A stretch of DNA of 38,831 nt, the filler included, from a bacterium (GTDB lineage Bacteria > RUG730): the NCBI GenBank assembly GCA_031551405.1. It is 4 parts of 4 records of this genome, joined end to end, with 100 filler letters (N's around TTAATTAATTAA, not from the genome) between each part and the next. Parts side by side here need not be neighbours in the genome. Positions count along the whole stretch, not along the records: positions 3,976 to 30,128 come from JAVBNQ010000002.1; positions 30,229 to 36,482 come from JAVBNQ010000013.1; positions 36,583 to 38,831 come from JAVBNQ010000005.1; 1 more part is not named here. The stretch is one strand, 5' to 3'. The notes beneath the pieces are model-generated. The model saw only the letters and a program-made list of their open reading frames with translations. It was not told where the DNA came from and did not search any database. Positions 27,079 through 37,343 of this stretch are shown one piece after another (the stretch's first letter is position 1; each line of letters starts with the position of its first letter). The position numbers were made by a program, and so were the translations under genes.

Positions 27079-27911
27079 CGAGCGCCCCAACTCAATTTAT
27101 TTCGCAAAACCTCAAAATAACTATATTTTTTGCTGAGCAAAAGTTTCATCGTTTTTTCAGATTTTGTAATCAAAATTTTGTCGTTTAAAAATAATTTTTC
27201 CGTGATTTGTCCGTCAATTGATAGCAAAATGTCTTTTTGTTCCAGGATTTTTATCATCAATTTTTTTTGGGAATCTATGACGAGAGGCCTGAGATTCAAA
27301 GTGTGCGGGCAAATCGCTGTCACTACAAAAACCGAAATATCAGGATAAACAATCGGTCCGCCCGACGCCAAAGAATACGCAGTTGATCCTGTCGGGGTTG
27401 AGACGATTACTCCATCGCCAACGTATTTAATGACAAATTCATCGTCAATGAATAAATCCAAATCAATAATACGAGCATTTTCGCCATTTTTCACAATAAT
27501 GTCGTTGACACAGACAAAATTTTTTTCAAGAGCATTCTCTCGTAAAATTTTCACGTCAAAAAGCTCTCGAGTCTCAATTTTATAATTATTTTTACAAACA
27601 ATTTCGTTTAATTCCTGAATAATCTCATCTGGATTTATCTCTGCCAAAAATCCAAGCCTTCCTAAATTTACTCCGAAAATTGGAACATTTGTTCCAGCCA
27701 AAAATCTTCCAAGCTTTAAAATTGTTCCATCACCGCCGAGTGAGATAAAAAAATCGAATTTCTGCGCCTCGACATCACTTTCGCAAAGCTTAGAAAAAAA
27801 ATCTATCGAGATATTTTTGGCAATTTCTGAGCTGTTCCAAGCCTTGATTTTATTGATTACATTTTCTACATTTGTTTTTTCAGGATTAAAAAATACGCCA
27901 ATTTTTTTCAA
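27075..27911 (-). CDS. nadK: NAD kinase
   Basis: GGDGT, GRLGFL, ND, DGVIVSTPTGSTAYSLASGG. Confidence 0.97.
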   Translation of the reverse strand: MKKIGVFFNPEKTNVENVINKIKAWNSSEIAKNISIDFFSKLCESDVEAQKFDFFISLGGDGTILKLGRFLAGTNVPIFGVNLGRLGFLAEINPDEIIQELNEIVCKNNYKIETRELFDVKILRENALEKNFVCVNDIIVKNGENARIIDLDLFIDDEFVIKYVGDGVIVSTPTGSTAYSLASGGPIVYPDISVFVVTAICPHTLNLRPLVIDSQKKLMIKILEQKDILLSIDGQITEKLFLNDKILITKSEKTMKLLLSKKYSYFEVLRNKLSWGAR

Positions 27912-27989
27912 TTTTTACCTCGAGTCGTTGCACGATACTTCATGCGGAAATTTACATCAAACGTCTGGGTTCTGTGAATATTAATTGTG

Positions 27990-28490
27990 CTACGCCCAAA
28001 CAGTCTCGTCTTTGCAAATATTTTTCGTTTTCGTTGAAAATTTTTGACTAACCAATTCGTGAGGAGAAAACCACAATTTTATCTCAAACTCTGCGTCTTC
28101 CGGCGAACTCGACGCGTGAATCACGTTCTCAAAAACTTTTTTCGTCGTGATCCTACCAAACGCACCACGGATACTCGCCGGATTCGCTTCCTCCGGATTT
28201 GTGGCTCCGGCTGCTTGACGCACGACTTTTATCGCATTTTCGCCCTCATAAACTATCGCTATTATACTCGAAATATCGTTCATTTTCCCTTGAATATAAT
28301 CGATCAACTCCTGAAAAAATGGTTTATCTTTGAGCTGCCTGTAATGCTCTTTTGCCAGCTTTTCAGATACTTTTACAGCTTTTATTCCGACGATATTTAA
28401 GCCGGTTTCAGCCAATTTATTCAAAACATAACCGGTTAAATTTTTCTGGATTGCGTCCGGTTTTATTAATACCAAAGTTTGTTCCGACAT
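27990..28490 (-). CDS. ndk: Nucleoside diphosphate kinase
   Basis: EQTLVLIKPDA, EHY..KPFF, GATNP, SIRG, NVIHAS. Start at ATG 28490. Confidence 0.95.
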   Translation of the reverse strand: MSEQTLVLIKPDAIQKNLTGYVLNKLAETGLNIVGIKAVKVSEKLAKEHYRQLKDKPFFQELIDYIQGKMNDISSIIAIVYEGENAIKVVRQAAGATNPEEANPASIRGAFGRITTKKVFENVIHASSSPEDAEFEIKLWFSPHELVSQKFSTKTKNICKDETVWA

Positions 28491-28519
28491 TTTTTTCCCT
28501 CTCAAAAATTTTGTTTAAT

Positions 28520-28828
28520 TTACAGATTCGTGTCAATAAATTCCTCTAATCCATCTTTTGTCAAAAATCCGGTGTGGAGCGCTTTTTTCTCACCATTTTT
28601 GAAAATTATTAAAGTTGGTATGCTCATGACTGAAAATTTGGACGCTGTAATCGGAGCATCATCAACGTTTACTTTAAAAAATTTGCACTTGCTGCCATAT
28701 TCTTTCGCGACCTCGGCAAAGACAGGTTCGAGCATTTTGCACGGTCCGCACCAGTCTGCAAAAAAATCCACTATACAAAAATTATTGCCAATTTCGCTCA
28801 TAAAATTCTCGTCATTCAAATAAATCAT
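28520..28828 (-). CDS. trxA: Thioredoxin
   Basis: WCGPC, SIPT. Confidence 0.96.
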   Translation of the reverse strand: MIYLNDENFMSEIGNNFCIVDFFADWCGPCKMLEPVFAEVAKEYGSKCKFFKVNVDDAPITASKFSVMSIPTLIIFKNGEKKALHTGFLTKDGLEEFIDTNL

Positions 28829-29834
28829 CTGAATCCTCCTTCTTTTTTTTGCTCAGCATTCCGAAATGTTTATAGGCCAAATCTGTAACTATTCGTCCTC
28901 GTGGCGTTCTTATCATCAAACCTTCCTTGATCAAATACGGCTCGCAAACGTCTGTAATCGTATCAATTTCTTCACTCGTTATTACTGCCAAAGTTTCTAT
29001 TCCGACGGGACCGCCTTTGTATTTGTCAATCATTTGCAGCAAAATTTTTCTGTCTAATTTATCAAGCCCGAGCTCGTCGACTTCAAGCATTTCTGAGCCG
29101 GCAATCGCGCTTTTTTTATCGATCAACCCATCATTTTTTACATCAGCATAATCGCGAATTCTTTTCAAAAGCCTATTTGCAATACGAGGAGTTCCGCGAG
29201 AACGTCTTGCAATTTCGTCTGCGCCGTATTCTGAAATCTTAATGTTCAGAATATTCGCTGAACGTTTTATTATAATTTTCAGCTCATCAAATTCGTAAAA
29301 ATCAAAATGGCTGATAATCCCAAATCTATCACGTAGAGGCGACGTCAAAAGTCCGGCTCTCGTTGTTGCGCCAACTAACGTAAATTTCGGGATATCGAGT
29401 TTAATGCTTTTTGCGCTAGGGCCTTGCCCGATGATAATGTCAAGTTTGAAATCCTCCATCACAGAGTAAAGCGCTTCTTCTACGAGGTGATTAATTCGAT
29501 GTATCTCGTCTATAAAAAAAATGTCGCCTTCTCCGAGGTCAGTCAAAATCGCAGCCAAATCTCCAACTTTTTCAAGAACAGGCCCGGTCGTAGATTTTAT
29601 GTTAGAGCCCATTTCCTTAGCAATGATGTTCGAAAGTGTAGTTTTCCCGAGGCCCGGCGGTCCGTAAAACAAAATATGGTCGAGCGGTTCGCCTCGTTTT
29701 TGCGCAGCCTGGATATAAATCGAAAGATTTTCTTTTAATTTTTTCTGGCCAATGAACTCGCTTAAATTTTTTGGTCTGAGCGAATATTCATTCAAGTCTT
29801 CCGGTGAAAAAATTGGATTTATTATATCGGACAT
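28812..29834 (-). CDS. ruvB: Holliday junction branch migration helicase RuvB
   Basis: [39 protein letters not shown]. Confidence 0.99.
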   Translation of the reverse strand: MSDIINPIFSPEDLNEYSLRPKNLSEFIGQKKLKENLSIYIQAAQKRGEPLDHILFYGPPGLGKTTLSNIIAKEMGSNIKSTTGPVLEKVGDLAAILTDLGEGDIFFIDEIHRINHLVEEALYSVMEDFKLDIIIGQGPSAKSIKLDIPKFTLVGATTRAGLLTSPLRDRFGIISHFDFYEFDELKIIIKRSANILNIKISEYGADEIARRSRGTPRIANRLLKRIRDYADVKNDGLIDKKSAIAGSEMLEVDELGLDKLDRKILLQMIDKYKGGPVGIETLAVITSEEIDTITDVCEPYLIKEGLMIRTPRGRIVTDLAYKHFGMLSKKKKEDSDDLFE

Positions 29835-29900
29835 AAATTTTCCTAAAAATTTAATTGAAGTTAGTCAAAAAATTTGGACAAAAACTAAAGCGTAAAAGAG

Positions 29901-29933
29901 AAAAATGAAAAAGGTGAAAATTTTTTCATTTTT
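29901..29933. other. AT-rich inverted repeat upstream of ruvB
   Basis: AAAAATGAAAAA-9 nt-TTTTTCATTTTT, 12-bp stem. Confidence 0.35.
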
Positions 29934-29990
29934 TAAATAAAAATTCGTGGGAAAATTTAGGAAATAATAATTTACTTAAAACAAACCCAA

Positions 29991-30303
29991 AAACAAAATC
30001 TCTCGTTTTTGCCCAAAAATTTGTTTTTCCGTTTCAAGTCCACGCGTTTTTAGCTTGAAAATTTCACAAAAATACAAAAAAATGTTTACGTTTTTTGCTT
30101 TTACAAAACTTTTTTATTTTTCAGTCCTNNNNNNNNNNNNNNNNNNNNNNNNNNNNNNNNNNNNNNNNNNNNTTAATTAATTAANNNNNNNNNNNNNNNN
30201 NNNNNNNNNNNNNNNNNNNNNNNNNNNNAAATTTTTTCCCTATCTCTGAGGTACAGCAGACTAGCCTTTTTTGTTTCTTTTTTGGGCAATGTCAAAAAAG
30301 AAA
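29991..30303. repeat. Composite intergenic repeat, locus 3 (C, E, gap, 3' half of B)
   Basis: 29991-30062 resembles 3321-3395. 30105-30128 is identical to 3245-3268. 30229-30303 matches the 3' half of module B copy 1. Confidence 0.92.
30129..30228. other. Assembly gap with artificial six-frame stop linker
   Basis: N44-TTAATTAATTAA-N44. Confidence 0.97.
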
Positions 30304-30559
30304 ATTAAAATTTGACCAAACTTTTGTTTTTTGTAATTCGCAGTCCGTGCCGAAAATGAAAATTTTTAGCTTTATTTTTCTATTTTTATCTATCTCGAAA
30401 AATATTTTTTTATGAAAACTATTCTTTCCGGACGAGCAAAAGAAAATAAACAAAAGTCGTTAACGGAAAAGCAATGGTGAAAAATTTCTTGTTTTATCAC
30501 GACTCAAAAAACTCTACAAAAAATACAAAAAAATTTAATAATTCATAAATTTTGCTTGT

Positions 30560-32665
30560 CTAAGACAACTCCGAAAAATCTGCCGTAACTTTCAGTCTTT
30601 CAACAAGAAGAGAAAGCATTTTTAGTCTATTTTTTCGCAAATTTTCGTCATCAACCATCACCATCGTATTATCAAAAAAATTATCGAGATTATTTTTAAG
30701 CTTTGATATTTTTTCGATAAAAATCTGCTCGTTAAATTTAAAAAAATCGAAATTATTTTCGTCTAACAAAATCTCATACAAACTTTTCTCACTGGCAGTA
30801 AAAATTTCCGATTTTATAGTCCAATTTTGAAATTCTAGTTTTTTTTCCGTCGCTTGTTTTAAAATATTATTCGCTCGCTTAAAAAGCTCGACGAGATTTT
30901 TAAAAGCCTCGACCTTCAAAAAATCATTTATTTTACTGCAATTTATGAAAGAAAGGTACGGATTACACTCGTCAAAATTAAAAATCACGGCCCTCGCTAC
31001 GTCAATCCTAAAACTACTATTTTTTTCCTCGACGAGCCAGTTTTCAAGACGAATATTTACGAATTTTTTCAATTCGTTTTGCGCTTCAGAAATAATATTT
31101 TTATCGAATTTACTTTGAAACAAACTCATAATTTCATCAAAAATAAGGAATAAATTGAGAGGCAATTTTTCGTTTTTCAGAATGCCGAAAATTCCGTTGA
31201 GCTGCCTACGAAGGCCAAAAGGATCTTTCGAACCCGTAGGTTTTTTCCCGGAAATAAACGTCGACGCAATACTATCCATTTTGTCGCAAATGCTAGCAAT
31301 CGAGGCTTCGAGCGACGTCGGGAAGCCGTCTCCTGCAAATCTCGGCAAATAATGCTCCTCAATTCCTCGCGAAATTTCCTCGTCATAGCCGGCATTCGCA
31401 GCATAATATTTTCCCATCGTTCCCTGGAGTTCCGGGAATTCATAAACCATTTCTGTCAGCAAATCGTTCTTGCATAAATCTAAAATTTTTTCGATTGTCT
31501 CGCCATCAAAATTTCTGTTCGCAGCTTGAATTTTTGGTTTAAGCATCAAAAATATTTTTTGCATTCTCTCGATTTTTTCTCGCATCGAGCCAAGCTTTTC
31601 CTGAAAAACCAAATCCTCCAGTTTTCCTTTAAGATCTGCGAAATCCAAATTTTTATCATTTTGATAAAAAAAAGTAGCATCATTTAGCCTCGCAATCGCG
31701 ACTTTCTCATAGCCGTATTTTACGACTGAAAAATCGCTAAATTCACCGTTTGCGATCGCCATAAATTTATTCAGCAATTTCCCGTTCTCACCTAAAAGTG
31801 CAAAACATTTTTGGTGATTTTTCAAAACTGTGTAAATCACTTCCGTCGGAAGTTCCAAAAATTTTTCGTCAAAATCACACAAAATCGCAAAAGGTTTTTC
31901 GACTAGACTTGCGACTTCGTCTAGGAGCTCTTCCCCTTCAGAAATCAACTTTCCAAAACCTCGAATGAGATTTTGAATTTGCGTTTTTATGTCTCGCTTT
32001 CTCTCGTCAAAATCTATTTCGATTTTTTCGCCTTTCATAATCTGAAAATAATTTTCTTGACTCAAAACCGCGATTTTTTGCGTCTTAAAACCACCAAACT
32101 TGAACGTGAAATTTTGCGCTTTTATGCTCGCAATTTCGAAAATTAAAATTTCATCGCCCAAAAAAGCTAAAATCCAACGAATAGGACGGATAAATCTGAA
32201 ATTTTCATTTTTCCAAACCATCATTTTATGAAATGGCAGTTTCGTCAAAAATTCTTGCAAAATCATTGGTAATATATCTGCAGTTTGTTGAGGTTTGTCA
32301 TCGGATTTCAAGCAAAGATAAACACCTTTTTCAGTATTTTTTTCGAGCAAATCCGAAATTTTAGCAGAATTTTTTTCTAAAAATCCAATCAAAGCTTTTG
32401 TAGGATTATTTCCGTCGTCAAATGCAATTTTTTTCAAAGGGCCAATTATTTCTTTTTCCGCCTTTTTTTGAAAGTCTGAAATATTTTTGATAAAAATTAT
32501 AATTCTGAGAGGCGTTGAAAAAATTTTTACGCTTTCAAACCCGATTTTTTTTTCAGTCAAAAGCTCTTCGCAAATTTTCTTCGCGTCGTTTAAAATTATT
32601 TTTTGCGCTGAAAAAGGTAGCTCTTCTGTACCAATTTCGACTAAACAATTTTTTGTATTTTCCAC
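30560..32665 (-). CDS. glyS: Glycine-tRNA ligase beta subunit
   Basis: EIGTEELP, FIRPIRW, ARLNDA.FF, MVYEFPELQG, GSKDPFGLRR, FFDNTMVM..LRKNRL. Confidence 0.97.
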   Translation of the reverse strand: MENTKNCLVEIGTEELPFSAQKIILNDAKKICEELLTEKKIGFESVKIFSTPLRIIIFIKNISDFQKKAEKEIIGPLKKIAFDDGNNPTKALIGFLEKNSAKISDLLEKNTEKGVYLCLKSDDKPQQTADILPMILQEFLTKLPFHKMMVWKNENFRFIRPIRWILAFLGDEILIFEIASIKAQNFTFKFGGFKTQKIAVLSQENYFQIMKGEKIEIDFDERKRDIKTQIQNLIRGFGKLISEGEELLDEVASLVEKPFAILCDFDEKFLELPTEVIYTVLKNHQKCFALLGENGKLLNKFMAIANGEFSDFSVVKYGYEKVAIARLNDATFFYQNDKNLDFADLKGKLEDLVFQEKLGSMREKIERMQKIFLMLKPKIQAANRNFDGETIEKILDLCKNDLLTEMVYEFPELQGTMGKYYAANAGYDEEISRGIEEHYLPRFAGDGFPTSLEASIASICDKMDSIASTFISGKKPTGSKDPFGLRRQLNGIFGILKNEKLPLNLFLIFDEIMSLFQSKFDKNIISEAQNELKKFVNIRLENWLVEEKNSSFRIDVARAVIFNFDECNPYLSFINCSKINDFLKVEAFKNLVELFKRANNILKQATEKKLEFQNWTIKSEIFTASEKSLYEILLDENNFDFFKFNEQIFIEKISKLKNNLDNFFDNTMVMVDDENLRKNRLKMLSLLVERLKVTADFSELS

Positions 32666-33537
32666 TATTTTGCCCTCGTAGCCAAATATAATTCCGCGGC
32701 TTTTTTAGCCAAAGTTCTGACTCTAAAAATATAGTTTGCTCTCTCAGTAACGCTAATCACGCCTCGAGCATCAAGTAAATTAAAAGTGTGCGAAGTTTTC
32801 AAAACATAATCATAGCCTGGTCCGACGAGACCAATATCAAGCATTTTGTTCGCCTCTTGCTCAAATTCTTGAAAATTGCGGAGAAGCATTTGAATATTCG
32901 ATTCCTCGAAATTATATCGTGAAAACTCTTTTTCATCCTCGAGGTGTACGTCTTTGTAAGTTAAAATTCGCTTCTCATTTCCGGCATTTATTTCCGTCCA
33001 AATTATGTCGTAAACGCTATTTTTGCCTTGAATGTACGTCGCGAGCCTCTCTAAACCATACGTGATCTCTACCGTAATTGGGAATAATTCTATACCACCG
33101 ATTTGCTGGAAATATGTAAATTGCGAAATTTCCATTCCGTCGAGCCAAACTTCCCAGCCAAGCCCCCACGCTCCAAGCGTCGGTGATTCCCAATTGTCCT
33201 CGACAAAACGGATATCGTGTTTTTTGACATCAATTCCGATCGCACTTAAACTCTCGAGATAAAGTTTTTGAATATCATCCGGCGTGGGTTTTATCACGAC
33301 TTGAAACTGATAGTAATGCTGAAGCCGATTAGGATTCTCGCCATATCTTCCGTCAGTTGGACGTCTCGATGGCTCAACGTAACACGCCGCCCAAACGTCC
33401 TTATCCAAAGCCCTAAAAAAAGTCGCTGGATTGAAAGTTCCGGCGCCTTTTTCGAGGTCATAAGGCTGCATCACAGCACATCCGTTTTTTGACCAGTACG
33501 ACTGTAACTCAAGTATTATTTCTTGAAAAGTTTTCAT
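32665..33537 (-). CDS. glyQ: Glycine-tRNA ligase alpha subunit
   Basis: [45 protein letters not shown]. Confidence 0.99.
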   Translation of the reverse strand: MKTFQEIILELQSYWSKNGCAVMQPYDLEKGAGTFNPATFFRALDKDVWAACYVEPSRRPTDGRYGENPNRLQHYYQFQVVIKPTPDDIQKLYLESLSAIGIDVKKHDIRFVEDNWESPTLGAWGLGWEVWLDGMEISQFTYFQQIGGIELFPITVEITYGLERLATYIQGKNSVYDIIWTEINAGNEKRILTYKDVHLEDEKEFSRYNFEESNIQMLLRNFQEFEQEANKMLDIGLVGPGYDYVLKTSHTFNLLDARGVISVTERANYIFRVRTLAKKAAELYLATRAK

Positions 33538-33633
33538 AATATAGTCCTATTTTTAAAAAGCTACGTAAAAATTTTATTTCTAAAAAATGAGGATTTGTCT
33601 CAAAAAACAAATTTTATAAACGAAAAAAACACT

Positions 33634-35829
33634 TCATGCAAGAGACAATTTCGCGTATTTTACGAGCAATCTTTTTTCTTGCCCACTATAAAATTTGATG
33701 TAAACTGTTTCCTTGTCTCCGTCTCCATAAAAATCTTTGATCGTGCCAATCCCAAAATTAGGATGCGAAACCCTGTCACCTTTTTTAAACGAATTTGCCT
33801 GCCTCGAAAATCCGTCGTTTGTTTCAACTGTTGTTTTGTTTACAAAATCGTCAAAACGCGCATATGGATTTATCTCGATAGTTTCGTCGTCTACAAACTC
33901 ATCTAACAATCCGGATTCTCGCAAAAATCTCGATGGTAAATGCCATTTTGTCATCCCGTAAATATTTCGCTGGCTGGCTGAAAAACAGTATAATTTTTTC
34001 ATCGCCCGAGTCATCCCAACAAAACAAAGTCGCCTTTCTTCCTCGAGTTCGTCTTTATTGTAATCAACTTTTTGATTTGGGAAAAGGCCTTCTTCCATTC
34101 CCGTCAAAAAAACAACCGGAAATTCCAATCCTTTTGCGAGATGAATCGTCATTAATGTAACTTTTGGCGTATCAAGATTCAATTTATCGACATCACTTAC
34201 TAGAGCCGTGTGCTGCAAAAATCCCTCGAGAGTAATGTCGCCGTATCTTTTTTGATAATCGTCGGCAGCCGAAACTAGTTCCATCACGTTTTCTATTCGA
34301 GAATCTCGATATATCGTCGTGTCATCGTACAAACTCTGCATATAACCGTTTTTTTCCAAAACTAAATTTATGATTTCTTTGACTGAAAGCGTGTTAATAT
34401 TCGACATAATTTCCGTCATAAAAGCATAAAATTTGTAAACACTCGAACTAATTCGTTTTGATACCACATTTTCTGCGTAAAATCCGTTGCAAATGTTCGT
34501 CAAAATATCAAAAAACGAGTCATTTCCCTCTCTCAAACTTTCGATCAAATCAATCGTCGTATCTCCAATTCCTCTCGCCGGAACGTTTATAATTCGCTTT
34601 AAATTTATTGTGTCATTCGGGTTGATGAGGACTTTGAGATAAGCCAAAACGTCTTTGACTTCTTTTCTGTCATAAAATTTTGTACTTCCAACTAAAATGT
34701 ACGGAATTCCGTATTTTCTAAAAATTTCTTCAAAAACACGCGACTGAGCGTTCGTCCTGTAAAAAATCGCGATATCATTCAGCGAAAACCCTTGATTTAT
34801 GAGTTCTTCAATTTCTCGAGCGATTTCCTCAGCTTCAGCATTCTCATTTAAAACCTGACGATATTTAACGCTTTCTCCCGATTCATTTTCCGTCCAGATA
34901 GTCTTGTTTTTTCGAGTTTTATTGTTTTTGACGAGTCTATCTGCTGTTTCCAAAATATTTTTCGTCGACCGATAATTTTGCTCAAGCTTTATTATTTTCG
35001 TTTTCTCGTAATCCTTCTCAAAATTCAGAATATTTTGGATGTCAGCGCCTCGCCAAGAATAAATCGATTGATCGTCGTCTCCAACCACGCAAATATTTTT
35101 GTATTTCCCGGCCAGGAGTTTGATCATCAAATATTGAGAATAATTTGTATCCTGAAACTCGTCTATCATAATATATTTAAAGCGTTCCTGGTATTTTTGC
35201 AAAATATCAGGACGAGTTTGCAACATCTCAACAGTCTTAAATTGCAAATCCCCAAAATCCAAGTTTTGACTATTCTCCAAAATTTTTTGATAAAGCTCAT
35301 AAACATCAGCCACCAACTTGTAAAACATATCTTGACGACCTGCAGCCGTATTTTTGAACTCGTCGACCGAAATCATATCGTCTTTCGCGCGTCCGATTAT
35401 TGAGGAAACAATATTTGGGACGAATCTCTTCTCATCTAAATTGAGTTGCATCAGACACTGCTTGATAATATTTCGCTGGTCTTGAACGTCGCAAATGCTG
35501 AAATTTTTGTTCAGCCCGATATTTTCCGCCTCATTTCTCAAAAACTGCGCGCACATCGAATGAAACGTCGAAATCAAAACGCCGCTATTCGTGAGTCCGG
35601 AATATTTAACGATTCGTTCCTTCATCTCGCGAGCAGCTTTGTTCGTGAAAGTAACGGCCAAAATATTTTCAGGCGAAACTCCTCTCGATAACAAATACGC
35701 GATTCTGTAAATTATAACGCGAGTTTTACCGGAGCCGGCTCCTGACAAAACCAAAACTGGCCCTTCCGTCGTCAAAACCGCTTTTTCTTGTTCTTCATTT
35801 AACAGATTTTTTAAGTCTAAATTTGACAT
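33634..35829 (-). CDS. pcrA: ATP-dependent DNA helicase PcrA/UvrD
   Basis: GAGSGKT, DEFQDTN, GDDDQSIYSWRGA, QNYRS, HLAKGLEF, EERRL. C-terminal Tudor-like GDRVSHPNFG. Confidence 0.97.
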   Translation of the reverse strand: MSNLDLKNLLNEEQEKAVLTTEGPVLVLSGAGSGKTRVIIYRIAYLLSRGVSPENILAVTFTNKAAREMKERIVKYSGLTNSGVLISTFHSMCAQFLRNEAENIGLNKNFSICDVQDQRNIIKQCLMQLNLDEKRFVPNIVSSIIGRAKDDMISVDEFKNTAAGRQDMFYKLVADVYELYQKILENSQNLDFGDLQFKTVEMLQTRPDILQKYQERFKYIMIDEFQDTNYSQYLMIKLLAGKYKNICVVGDDDQSIYSWRGADIQNILNFEKDYEKTKIIKLEQNYRSTKNILETADRLVKNNKTRKNKTIWTENESGESVKYRQVLNENAEAEEIAREIEELINQGFSLNDIAIFYRTNAQSRVFEEIFRKYGIPYILVGSTKFYDRKEVKDVLAYLKVLINPNDTINLKRIINVPARGIGDTTIDLIESLREGNDSFFDILTNICNGFYAENVVSKRISSSVYKFYAFMTEIMSNINTLSVKEIINLVLEKNGYMQSLYDDTTIYRDSRIENVMELVSAADDYQKRYGDITLEGFLQHTALVSDVDKLNLDTPKVTLMTIHLAKGLEFPVVFLTGMEEGLFPNQKVDYNKDELEEERRLCFVGMTRAMKKLYCFSASQRNIYGMTKWHLPSRFLRESGLLDEFVDDETIEINPYARFDDFVNKTTVETNDGFSRQANSFKKGDRVSHPNFGIGTIKDFYGDGDKETVYIKFYSGQEKRLLVKYAKLSLA

Positions 35830-36057
35830 TTTCTACTCTATAAATTTTATTTTGCTAAATTTGTGTATTATATAAAAATTAAATTTTTATTTAAAGATTT
35901 TTTTGAAGCTTTCAAGACGTTGTTTTTTGCTGTATGTATGTACCACATAGATAAAATTGAGAACTTTAGTAACAAAAATACATTAAATTGGAGCTAAGCT
36001 TCAATCTTTTATTTTAAATCGATTTAAATATATTTTTGTCTTTTGCTTGAAAACGTT

Positions 36058-36482
36058 GTTTTTTTGTCTCAAGTCCACACGTCAGAATTTTTATTTTTCT
36101 CGTGCGCGGCATTATTTTTCTCGAAAAACCAACTTAAAAGCCGTAGGTTTTTTGAGCTTTTCCTAGGCTTTTCCTCGCAAAACTCGCTCCACTCCGTTTC
36201 GCTCATACAGTTGCGAGCAAGGTTTTCTTATTTAACCCCCGCCTAATTTTTTTGTTCCTTCCTAAAGTTTTTTTGGTCTACTTTTAGGAGCCTACAGACG
36301 ATAAATTTTTAAAACCTTGTTTAAATTTTCTCTTTCTCGTGAGATTTTTTTGTCCTTTTTCTAGGTTTTTATTTCTTTATTCTGTTTTTTGTCTTTTTTA
36401 AAATGTCTGCATATCGAAGAGAAGATGGAAAAAATTGATAAAATCGTTTAAAATTTCTAACTGTTTGAGCCCAATTTTTTGT
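36058..36482. repeat. Composite intergenic repeat, locus 4 (C end, D, A 36140-36299, F, 5' half of B 36405-36482)
   Basis: Collinear and highly similar to 3357-3766. Truncated by the gap inside the apical loop of B. Confidence 0.95.
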
Positions 36483-36582
36483 NNNNNNNNNNNNNNNNNN
36501 NNNNNNNNNNNNNNNNNNNNNNNNNNTTAATTAATTAANNNNNNNNNNNNNNNNNNNNNNNNNNNNNNNNNNNNNNNNNNNN
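36483..36582. other. Assembly gap with artificial six-frame stop linker
   Basis: N44-TTAATTAATTAA-N44. Confidence 0.97.
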
Positions 36583-36584
36583 CT

Positions 36585-36725
36585 GATTATGGAACAAAAT
36601 TTGCGTCCGGAATCCAAAAACAAAACATTTTTGGCCTGCAATTTCACCCAGAAAAAAGCCAAAAAAATGGCATAAAATTACTGGAAAACTTTATAAAATA
36701 TTTACATTCAACTTCCAAAATCTAA
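36585..36725 (+). CDS. hisH: Imidazole glycerol phosphate synthase glutaminase subunit, C-terminal fragment (5' part lost in gap)
   Basis: Manual translation [36 protein letters not shown]...* contains the QFHPEKS HisH motif. Confidence 0.85.
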   Translation, partial: DYGTKFASGIQKQNIFGLQFHPEKSQKNGIKLLENFIKYLHSTSKI

Positions 36726-36740
36726 ACAGGATTTTTAAAA

Positions 36741-37337
36741 ATGATAATGACAAAAATTTTTTTAACTGCAATTTTCGCGTATTGTTTGGGCTCATTACCG
36801 ACGGGATATTTGATCACAAAACTTTGGATAAAAAAAGATATTCGTGAGCTTGGAAGCAAAAATACAGGGGCAACGAATGTATATCGAAACGTCGGAAAAT
36901 TACCTGCGCTTTTAACTCTTATCGTTGACATTTTGAAAGGCTTTTTTAGCGTGAAACTTGCAATTTTTTTGTTTCCCAATCTTGATTTTTTTCACGTTGT
37001 CATCGGAGTTTTAGCTATTCTCGGGCACAGTTATTCAGTATTTTTGAAATTCAAAGGCGGCAAAAGCGTGGCTACTATGATCGGAGTTTTTTTAGCTTTG
37101 GCGACTCCGGCGATGTTCATCTCGATAATCTTATTTTTTTGCATACTCGGACTTTTTGGCTATGTCTCGCTAAGTTCCATTTTAGCGTCTATTTTTCTTC
37201 CAATTTTAATCAAATTTTTAGGCTACAATTATTATATTTTTTTTGCGTCCGTTTTAGCGAGTATTTTTGTGATTTATCGTCACAGAGAAAATATAAAACG
37301 CTTAATAAACGGTACTGAAAATAAAATTATAAAATAG
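36741..37337 (+). CDS. plsY: Glycerol-3-phosphate acyltransferase PlsY
   Basis: LGSLPTG, DIRELGSKNTGATNVYR, DILKG, GH..FKGGKSVAT, RHRENIKRL. Confidence 0.96.
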   Translation: MIMTKIFLTAIFAYCLGSLPTGYLITKLWIKKDIRELGSKNTGATNVYRNVGKLPALLTLIVDILKGFFSVKLAIFLFPNLDFFHVVIGVLAILGHSYSVFLKFKGGKSVATMIGVFLALATPAMFISIILFFCILGLFGYVSLSSILASIFLPILIKFLGYNYYIFFASVLASIFVIYRHRENIKRLINGTENKIIK

Positions 37338-37343
37338 GATTTT

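Noticed and set aside
36043-36246. 67-aa ORF inside repeat locus 4
   Set aside because: The equivalent frame at locus 1 has an in-frame TAG (GTC CAC ACG TTT TTA GGC TAG), and there is no RBS or protein motif.
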